DNA of 49,997 nucleotides, taken from a virus (Duplodnaviria; Caudoviricetes). The notes beneath the pieces were generated by a model that did not search any database, had not been told where the DNA came from, and worked only from the letters and a program-made list of their open reading frames with translations. Position 1 is the stretch's first letter. Each line of letters begins with the position of its first letter. The stretch covers positions 1-49,997 of IMG/VR virus record IMGVR_UViG_3300010381_000010. One strand, 5' to 3'. This document shows, piece after piece, positions 43,543 through 49,997 of this stretch. A program made the position numbers and the translations under genes.

Positions 43543-43785
43543 CTTGGCCCCTTACGCAGCAAGAGCGAGCGCACAACCGCGTGGACCAGCGAGCGCAGGG
43601 GCAGTAATACGGGGCCGGCACGAGTCGGTCCCGGTCGGGATTCAACGCGGTGCCACACGAATTTGTTGTAATTGGGACATCGCGTTGAAACTCGACCTTA
43701 TCAATACTCACGTGTATCATCATTTAACCTGAGCCGGATTTTTCCGACGTTTACCTATGGGCGGTTCCAAAAAAGCGAGGACATC

Positions 43786-44223
43786 ATGGATTTTGAGATA
43801 GCTATGGAACGCATCCAAAGCATTACGGGGTGCCGAACGCAAACGGAACTTGGAAATATCCTAGGCATCAAACAGTCCAGCATATCCGACGCTAAACGAC
43901 GGCAGGTAATCCCCGACGGCTGGCTCGTTACGTTGTACAGGCGTTATGGCGTGAATCCGTCCTGGATACTAGGTGATGCTGAATCCCCCTATCTGGTTGA
44001 GGGAGTTAACCCCAAAACACCTGCTGCTGAGATTAACGCTACATCTGCTCCTCTTTCCAAACAAAAATCAAACCCCACGACACGGGAACTTCTGACAGCT
44101 CTACGCGCTCAACTCGGCGACAGCTACGAAATCCTCATCGTTCCTGCTGGGACCACAATAACCGTCCCGCCCCACACGAAAACTCCCATTCATACTGATG
44201 ATGATATAGACGTAGCTCAATAG
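43786..44223 (+). CDS. Phage CI-like HTH protein (no peptidase domain)
   Basis: RI...TG.RTQ.EL...LGIKQSSISDAKRR..IP..WL..L...G.NP.WI..G; GAGG RBS. Confidence 0.85.
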   Translation: MDFEIAMERIQSITGCRTQTELGNILGIKQSSISDAKRRQVIPDGWLVTLYRRYGVNPSWILGDAESPYLVEGVNPKTPAAEINATSAPLSKQKSNPTTRELLTALRAQLGDSYEILIVPAGTTITVPPHTKTPIHTDDDIDVAQ

Positions 44224-44286
44224 GTCTGACGAGCCGGCCATGGTCGTGGCTGGCTGAAGACTACCTGCGGATGGGCCGCAACATTT

Positions 44287-44318
44287 AGGGTCGCTCTATA
44301 GAGCGGCCCTTATATTTT
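44287..44318 (+). terminator. Stem-loop / probable terminator
   Basis: AGGGTCGCTC-tata-GAGCGGCCCT then TATATTTT. Confidence 0.55.
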
Positions 44319-44329
44319 CAGGAGGTGGC

Positions 44330-44479
44330 ATGCACGACATAAAACACGCGTTTGCGGGGCTGGCGATTATCGCGGCGGTCGGTGTGGCCGCCTTTTTTAT
44401 TTCTACGCCCCTGCGCTGGGGCACCAATAGTCAATATGTCGGCTTGCCATCCGAGGTCGGCATGTGGGGAGGAAGGTAG
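44330..44479 (+). CDS. Small single-TM protein (49 aa), absent from the ORF track
   Basis: AGGAGG RBS; MHDIKHAFAGLAIIAAVGVAAFFISTPLRWG... Confidence 0.6.
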   Translation: MHDIKHAFAGLAIIAAVGVAAFFISTPLRWGTNSQYVGLPSEVGMWGGR

Positions 44480-44482
44480 GTC

Positions 44483-44971
44483 ATGGAAGCGCAGAAAATA
44501 ACCCCGGATCAGGCCGTCGTTTTCTCCACGCATGTATCATGCGGCGTATTTCAGGACATGGCAACATTCCCCGATGAGCCCGAGGCGGAAGAATACTTCA
44601 AGAATTGGCGTGATGGGTTTCAGCGTGAACATGGGAAGCTCCCGGCGCGCGGCGTGGACTATCGCATAGAGTGGCGGCCACTGGAGTCGGAGCAGTTCAA
44701 AGCCGACTTCGCCCGGGTCGAGCACGGTGCCTACAACGTCCTTTCCGACATCCGGCAAGTGCTCAACGCCACCGACGGCTCCGAGAACCCGGAGCTGGTG
44801 CGCCGTGTTTGGTATCTGCATGAGGCTATGGGCCGTATCAACGCCATTTGCGCATCCATTGCGGACGGGGCGAAGCTCCCAAGCGGCCGATCCCTGGCCG
44901 TGGAGATCGAAGGGATTTCCCGACAGGCGCTGACGAAGGCAAGCGTGGGCGAACAGAGGTCTGCCGCATGA
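44483..44971 (+). CDS. Hypothetical early protein
   Basis: 162 aa, RBS, coupling to the next gene. Confidence 0.65.
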   Translation: MEAQKITPDQAVVFSTHVSCGVFQDMATFPDEPEAEEYFKNWRDGFQREHGKLPARGVDYRIEWRPLESEQFKADFARVEHGAYNVLSDIRQVLNATDGSENPELVRRVWYLHEAMGRINAICASIADGAKLPSGRSLAVEIEGISRQALTKASVGEQRSAA

Positions 44972-45159
44972 ACACCAACGCCATCCCTACCAGCATTGCC
45001 CCCGAGCATGTGGCCGTACTCGCCAGCCTCACGGACAAAGACCGGGCCGACATCGAGAAGTTTAAGCGTCTCGCGCCGAATGCAGGGCTCACCACGGTGC
45101 AGTTGGCCATTGTCGCCTTCTGCCTGCACATGGGGAGGCCCCGGGAGCAGGCGGTATGA
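44968..45159 (+). CDS. Small hypothetical early protein
   Basis: ATGA overlaps at both ends. Confidence 0.55.
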   Translation: MNTNAIPTSIAPEHVAVLASLTDKDRADIEKFKRLAPNAGLTTVQLAIVAFCLHMGRPREQAV

Positions 45160-45710
45160 CGCCCAGCGGCGGGACGCTGCCTTCGGTCACGCGCATCCTG
45201 TCCCCCTGGGCCGATTTTTCGCGCGTCCCTGACGACGTGTTGGCACATGCGGCTGAACGGGGAACCCTAGTGCATCGGGCCTGCGCTTGCCGGCTAACCG
45301 GTGTTTGGTCACCGCCTGTTTCGCCCGAGGTCGCCGGGTATGTGCTCTCCTTCGAGCAATGGGCCCCCATCGTGGCAGACGTCATCCTCTGTGAGGAGGA
45401 GCTTGTGGACGAAGCCACTGGCTACCAGGGACATCCTGACCTGATTTGCCGCCTGCGTGGGGACGACTCCCTTTCCGTCATCGATTTTAAAACCCCAATG
45501 TCTCGGGCAAAGGCGTGGCGCCCGCAGCTTGCCGCCTATCAGGCTCTGGCCAGAAAGCGCGGCCTCGACGTGCGCCGGCTCATGTCCGTGCGCCTCAAGA
45601 AATCCGCCGGCCAACCCATCGTCAACGAGTCCACGGCCACTGCAGCACATGACCTCGCCGTCTTCCGCAACGCCCTGGCCTGCTGGCAATACTTCAACGG
45701 AGGAAACTGA
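45156..45710 (+). CDS. PD-(D/E)xK exonuclease (Cas4-like phage nuclease)
   Basis: PSVT.IL, RGT.VH, G..DL, IDFKT, QLAAY. Confidence 0.85.
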   Translation: MTPSGGTLPSVTRILSPWADFSRVPDDVLAHAAERGTLVHRACACRLTGVWSPPVSPEVAGYVLSFEQWAPIVADVILCEEELVDEATGYQGHPDLICRLRGDDSLSVIDFKTPMSRAKAWRPQLAAYQALARKRGLDVRRLMSVRLKKSAGQPIVNESTATAAHDLAVFRNALACWQYFNGGN

Positions 45711-45712
45711 AA

Positions 45713-46450
45713 ATGGCAGCGATCGACTTCGGCGCGGCGCTCCGCGAACCGACCCCCGGCATGCCGCCGGTTGCTCCTGACGTCTTCGAGATGTCGGCAC
45801 CCGCGCCGACACCGGTTAACCCCTACGACATGGCCCCGGTCAAGGCGGCTCTTGCACCGTACATGGCCAAGATCGACGCAATGCAAGAGCAGGCAGCGGC
45901 CGTGGATATTACCTCGGACGAAGAAAACACCCGGGCCATCGAAATGGGCCTGCAGGCAAAGAAACTCGGGAAGGCCATCGAGGACGCCAGGAAGCGGTTC
46001 GTGGCCGATCCGGGCGAGTTCGTGCGGTCCGTCAACGCCCTGGCCAAGAGCTTTTCGGAAAAGCTGGTCGGCATCGAATACGGCCTCAAGCGGAAGATCG
46101 GCGCGTACCAGCAGCGCAAGGAACTGGAGCGGCGCAAGGCCGAGGAAGAGGCGCGCCGGCAGGCGGAGGAACTCCAGGCCAAGCTGGATGCCGAGGCCAA
46201 GGCCGCTCATGTCGAGCCGGTCAAGATCGAAGCCCCGGCCGTGCCCAAGGCTTCTGGCCCCGTGCGCACGGCGGAAGGGACGTCCTACCAGCACACGGAA
46301 TGGCGCTTTGAGATCCAGGATGATGCGGCCATCCCCCACGAATACCTAATGCCGTGCGAAGCCAGGATCAGGCAGGCGGTCAAGGATGGAGCCCGCAACA
46401 TCCCCGGCATTCGCATCTTCGAGCACACCGAAACCAGATTCAGGAGATAG
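45713..46450 (+). CDS. Coiled-coil protein of the recombination module
   Basis: Long heptads; C-terminal W.FEI.D...IP.EYL......I..AVK.G.R.IPGIRIF. Confidence 0.7.
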   Translation: MAAIDFGAALREPTPGMPPVAPDVFEMSAPAPTPVNPYDMAPVKAALAPYMAKIDAMQEQAAAVDITSDEENTRAIEMGLQAKKLGKAIEDARKRFVADPGEFVRSVNALAKSFSEKLVGIEYGLKRKIGAYQQRKELERRKAEEEARRQAEELQAKLDAEAKAAHVEPVKIEAPAVPKASGPVRTAEGTSYQHTEWRFEIQDDAAIPHEYLMPCEARIRQAVKDGARNIPGIRIFEHTETRFRR

Positions 46451-46453
46451 GCC

Positions 46454-47734
46454 ATGAATTTGCCAGACCAACAGACTGCGGCTGCAGTTAAGCCGACCGG
46501 GAAAGGAGCACTTCTCGCGAAGTTTGCCGAGAAATACGGCCAGAAATTCGGCGTGGACGAAGGGAAGCTCATGGGCATCCTTAAAGCCACCTGCTTCAAG
46601 CAAAAAGCTGACCGAGACGGCAACGCCCAGCAAATAAGCGACGAACAGATGGCCGCCCTTCTTATCGTGGCCGATCAGTACAACCTGAACCCCTTCACCA
46701 GGGAAATTTATGCCTTTCCCGACAAAAAGAACGGCATCGTTCCCATCGTCGGCGTGGATGGATGGGCCAGGATCATCAACGAACACCCGGCCATGGATGG
46801 AGTGGAGTTCAGGGATTCTCCGAAGCTCGTCCAGATGGACGACGATTCCAAGCCATGCCCAGAATGGATCGAGGCTGTCATCTATCGCAAGGATCGGTCT
46901 CGCCCCGCAGTGATCCGTGAATACCTGGACGAATGCTACAAGCCGCCTTTTGTGGGCTCTGGCAGGAACGGAACATACAAGACCAACGGACCCTGGCAGT
47001 CTCACACCAAGCGCTTTCTCCGCCACAAGGCCCTTATTCAGGGTGCCCGCATCGCCTTCGGTTTTGCCGGCGTCTACGATGAGGACGAGGCGGAACGTAT
47101 CGCCGAAGCTCGCGTGGTCGACATGACGGCCGGGATGCCGGCGGCCATCGATGTGACTCCGGTGGATACTTCGGCCTTCGACGCCATGGCCGCCGAGCGA
47201 GATGCACCCATAGCTGATCTCATGCGCTTCCTGGCTGAGACGGCTCGTATGAATGAATGCCGTGTTGAAGAGGTCAAGTCTCAGGCCATCGAGAACTTTA
47301 ACGGGTTCTGGTCTGCCTTCGAGAAGTGGCAGGCCAAGCAACCGGGAGCGAACGGCAACGGCAACGGAAAATCTCGCAACGTTCCCACCCGGGCCGAGAT
47401 GGACCAGCGGCGAGCGGACACCAGAGCCGAACTGGAAGGCATGGGCGTCTTCGATCCCGTGGTCAAAACCATGGGGGACAAGGGGCAGGGGCCGCCAACG
47501 GCATGGAACACCGCCCAGTGCAACAAGGCTCTGGAGATCGGGCGGAAAATGGTGGCCGCCGCCGGTGTTGTTCCCGATCCCGAGGCCGATACTGCCGCCG
47601 CCCAGGAACAGCCGACCGAAACCCAGGAAGAATCATTCGAGTGCCCCAACAACGGCGCTACGGTCAGGCTGTCCGTCGAGTGCGCCGCCTGCGACCAGAT
47701 GGGCCAGTGCCCGATGACGGACGGCCAGGAGTAG
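46454..47734 (+). CDS. bet: Bet/Red-beta single-strand annealing recombinase
   Basis: SDEQM.ALLIVA.QY.LNPFT.EIYAFPDK..GIVP.VGVDGWARIIN.HP..DG, IYRKDR, GPWQSH.KR.LRHKA.IQ.AR.AFGF.G.YD.DEAERI. Confidence 0.92.
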   Translation: MNLPDQQTAAAVKPTGKGALLAKFAEKYGQKFGVDEGKLMGILKATCFKQKADRDGNAQQISDEQMAALLIVADQYNLNPFTREIYAFPDKKNGIVPIVGVDGWARIINEHPAMDGVEFRDSPKLVQMDDDSKPCPEWIEAVIYRKDRSRPAVIREYLDECYKPPFVGSGRNGTYKTNGPWQSHTKRFLRHKALIQGARIAFGFAGVYDEDEAERIAEARVVDMTAGMPAAIDVTPVDTSAFDAMAAERDAPIADLMRFLAETARMNECRVEEVKSQAIENFNGFWSAFEKWQAKQPGANGNGNGKSRNVPTRAEMDQRRADTRAELEGMGVFDPVVKTMGDKGQGPPTAWNTAQCNKALEIGRKMVAAAGVVPDPEADTAAAQEQPTETQEESFECPNNGATVRLSVECAACDQMGQCPMTDGQE

Positions 47735-47736
47735 CC

Positions 47737-47970
47737 ATGAGCACCACCGACATCATGATCCTCCCCGGAGTCAAGATGGGCGTCAGCATCAATCTCGAAA
47801 CAACCACGCGAAGCGGCCGGCAGATGACGATTTACGTCCGCGACTTCGAGGCCCCGCTTTTGACGGATCAAGCGGGCATAGATGCCACTATCGGCCGGTT
47901 GGAACGCAATGTGCGCGAAGCCCTGGAATCACTGCTCTACGGGGTCAATGGAAGATCACCACGGCCATAA
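47737..47970 (+). CDS. Hypothetical early protein
   Basis: AGGAG RBS; MSTTDIMIL..., 77 aa. Confidence 0.6.
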   Translation: MSTTDIMILPGVKMGVSINLETTTRSGRQMTIYVRDFEAPLLTDQAGIDATIGRLERNVREALESLLYGVNGRSPRP

Positions 47971-48072
47971 CCCCACTCGACCGCACCCCCGAGCGGTCGG
48001 GGTTTGGAACCGGCCGGGAATCCCCTCAGCCTGGCCGGCATCCAAGCCAACAATCCAAGGAGGATATTTCCC

Positions 48073-48942
48073 ATGCCCGAGACCATGCCCACAACCGGGA
48101 CAACCAAGGCCCCGCCGTTGCACTCCGTGCCGCCGAAGACCAAGGCCCGTAAGCTGGCCGATGGGGGAGCCGTCGCAGCCAAGCCCTCGACGGACTTGGT
48201 TGCAGCCGCGGCTACCGATGCCATCACGGCCAGCCAGGCCGCCCCCGTGGACCTCTCCCTGGCCACCTTCGCCGCCGGCGTCCACGCTCCCGTCCCCTAT
48301 GAGCAGGACGTGGCCCTGGCCTTCTGGCGCGACAGCGTCATGGATCGGGCCGAACAAGCCCGGGCCCTGGACGTGCTCCTGGCCCGAAACGCCGAGCTTA
48401 CGGCCGAGGTCACGGCCTATGCCGACGAGATGGGCGAGCTGCTGGACGACCTCAAAAAGGCCAACCTGCCGCCGGATCTGCACTGCAAGGCCAGGGACCT
48501 GCTGGTCCTCATCGAAATCGACCGGGGCATGACCGTGTCGGCCATCGCCAACGCCCTGCAGACCGTGGCCTATGACATGCGGTCCCGGCTGCTCGACAAG
48601 TACAAGGGCGCCGTCAAGATCAAGCTCGGCTGCACCCCGGATCCCAACGACATGGACTCCATGATCGTGCTCGCCGAGGTTTCGCCCGAGATGCCGGCCC
48701 AGGCCACGGGCGGCCGGTTGACGCTGGCCTCGGATGGCACCGTGGTCACGCGGCGCGAGTCGGCCCAGGCCTTCCAACTCAAACTTCAGGAGCCCGAGCC
48801 TGATCCCCTGCAGGAGATGTTTGGCAAGGCCGACGGCGAAGCCTTTGGCGATCTCCTGCGTTCCAAGGGTGTCAAGGAACTCACCCTGGGGACCGGCGAC
48901 AACAAGGTCAAGGTCAAGCTGGCCGCCAAAAAGGCGGCGTAG
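48073..48942 (+). CDS. Hypothetical early protein
   Basis: AAGGAGG RBS; strong GC3 bias. Confidence 0.7.
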   Translation: MPETMPTTGTTKAPPLHSVPPKTKARKLADGGAVAAKPSTDLVAAAATDAITASQAAPVDLSLATFAAGVHAPVPYEQDVALAFWRDSVMDRAEQARALDVLLARNAELTAEVTAYADEMGELLDDLKKANLPPDLHCKARDLLVLIEIDRGMTVSAIANALQTVAYDMRSRLLDKYKGAVKIKLGCTPDPNDMDSMIVLAEVSPEMPAQATGGRLTLASDGTVVTRRESAQAFQLKLQEPEPDPLQEMFGKADGEAFGDLLRSKGVKELTLGTGDNKVKVKLAAKKAA

Positions 48943-48944
48943 CC

Positions 48945-49145
48945 ATGGGCATAATCAACGACATGATTTCGGTGGAGGACCTGGAGTTTCGGACAGAAAC
49001 CAACGAGGCCATCATCATCGAGTACTGCGGCAGGGAAACAACCCTGCCCAAAAGCCAAGTCGAATGGCCCGAAGACGCCTCCCGGGGGCAACTCATCACC
49101 GTCGAGATGCCCGAATGGCTGGCCGAAGACCGGGGGCTTATCTAG
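48945..49145 (+). CDS. Small phage protein
   Basis: ET..AI......LPKSQ.E......MPEWLA...GLI. Confidence 0.75.
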   Translation: MGIINDMISVEDLEFRTETNEAIIIEYCGRETTLPKSQVEWPEDASRGQLITVEMPEWLAEDRGLI

Positions 49146-49160
49146 CCCCAACCCAAACCC

Positions 49161-49184
49161 GCCCCGTCCTACGACGGGGCTTTT
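49161..49184 (+). terminator. Intrinsic terminator
   Basis: GCCCCGTC-ctac-GACGGGGC-TTTT. Confidence 0.8.
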
Positions 49185-49317
49185 GCCGGGGCTATGAGGC
49201 GCGGCGTGGGAGCGCCTTGGTAGAAGACCCTAGAGAACCTTCGGGGGCGAGATCGACCTCCCTGAAAATCTCGCACCGGGTGCCGGGTGGGGAATCCGGC
49301 CACCTCATAGTTCCGGT
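49185..49317 (+). ncRNA. Candidate structured ncRNA, multi-branch with tRNA-like top half
   Basis: 15-bp closing stem with G-U pairs, GNRA and UUCG tetraloop hairpins, 7-bp internal stem, 7-nt-loop hairpin stacked on the closing stem. Confidence 0.6.
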
Positions 49318-49333
49318 TGAATCCACATTTTAC

Positions 49334-49360
49334 AGACCGCCAACAGGCGGTCTTTTTGTT
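49334..49360 (+). terminator. Intrinsic terminator
   Basis: AGACCGCC-aaca-GGCGGTCT-TTTTGTT. Confidence 0.8.
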
Positions 49361-49370
49361 GGAGGTCGGA

Positions 49371-49598
49371 ATGGCCACGATCAAGCAGTGCGACCACTGC
49401 CAGTCCATCAAGGACGTTGAAACGCTGTTCCTCGAAACGGGTCGGCGTCAAGACGCCGCCGGGGCCATGGAAAGCACAGGGGAGACGATTGACCTGTGCC
49501 TCAAGTGCCAATCCGTTCTCCTTAGGGAGCTTTGCAAGAACAGGCCGACGTTTTCACAGGCGGCGGCGGAAATTGTCCGAGGATGGTTTGAAGCATGA
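49371..49598 (+). CDS. Small Zn-finger protein
   Basis: CDHC...DLCLKC; GGAGG RBS. Confidence 0.7.
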   Translation: MATIKQCDHCQSIKDVETLFLETGRRQDAAGAMESTGETIDLCLKCQSVLLRELCKNRPTFSQAAAEIVRGWFEA

Positions 49599-49756
49599 AA
49601 GACCCAGCCAAGAAGCCCAAGCGAAAGGACTTCGCCCGCATCAATAGTGTCAAAATGGGCGGCGGCCCCCACGGCGGCCGGACAAAGAAGCACGCGTGCA
49701 AGGCGTGCGGCACAGTGCACGGGTTCAGGGTGTGTCCATACTGCGGGAAGAGGTAG
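49595..49756 (+). CDS. Small basic Zn-ribbon protein (53 aa), absent from the ORF track
   Basis: ATGA overlap; MKDPAKKPKRKDF...HACKACGTVHGFRVCPYCGKR. Confidence 0.6.
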   Translation: MKDPAKKPKRKDFARINSVKMGGGPHGGRTKKHACKACGTVHGFRVCPYCGKR

Positions 49757-49760
49757 AGCC

Positions 49761-49997
49761 ATGGCATTCCGCAAACCCTGCCTCTACTGCGGCCGAACTT
49801 TCTCGGCTTACCACCGCCGGGACAAGGCCTGTCGCCGCCCCGAGTGCCAACGGGCGAGGATCAATGAAGCCCGGTACGAGCGCCAGGCGAAGGCGGCAGA
49901 GGTGGCCAGGATGGAAGAGGAGCGCCGGCAACGCCGGTTGCGGACGCGCCGGTTGTATGAGCGCGGCGCGCGTCGGGAAGCGAGGTTGTCAGCATGA
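49761..49997 (+). CDS. Small basic Cys-containing protein
   Basis: CLYCGRTF......C..PEC followed by an Arg-rich helix. Confidence 0.6.
   Translation: MAFRKPCLYCGRTFSAYHRRDKACRRPECQRARINEARYERQAKAAEVARMEEERRQRRLRTRRLYERGARREARLSA

Larger units (their letters stand above)
1..49997. mobile_element. Temperate podovirus-like prophage (boundaries not visible; integrase presumably outside the window)
   Basis: Terminase, portal, N4-gp56-type capsid, ejection proteins, lysis genes, cI/cro switch and Bet/exonuclease present; no tape-measure or sheath gene. Confidence 0.93.

Noticed and set aside
45156-45710. CRISPR-associated Cas4
   Set aside because: No array or other cas genes; context is the phage exonuclease-Bet recombination module
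49185-49317. Canonical tRNA or tRNA-Sec
   Set aside because: No TTCRA T-loop or proper anticodon arm; kept only as an ncRNA candidate

Overview
The window is almost entirely one temperate, podovirus-like prophage. The host is probably a Desulfovibrio-type deltaproteobacterium, inferred from the MucR and CI-HTH protein styles. Left end (+): an AT-rich orphan, a hicAB toxin-antitoxin pair, a small RHH repressor and a Bro-N antirepressor. The minus-strand late/middle arm, in transcription order, holds cro, a CII-like gene, a replication initiator, MucR, VRR-NUC, terS/terL, a small HTH regulator, a lysis cassette, portal, tail-fibre-like genes, scaffold, an N4-gp56-type major capsid, adaptors/tail tube, ejection proteins and a 2671-aa polyvalent protein. 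The immunity region has cI and five TAGA-N6-TCTA operators, split into two groups by about 5 kb of cargo. That cargo is endonuclease I and exported proteins, then an AT-rich EamA / ArgP / RaSEA-like radical SAM module. The + strand early arm carries an exonuclease, a Bet recombinase, small Zn-finger proteins and a compact structured ncRNA candidate at 49185-49317. No integrase, att site, CRISPR array, rRNA or canonical tRNA was seen. All family calls come from motif recognition by eye, not database searches.
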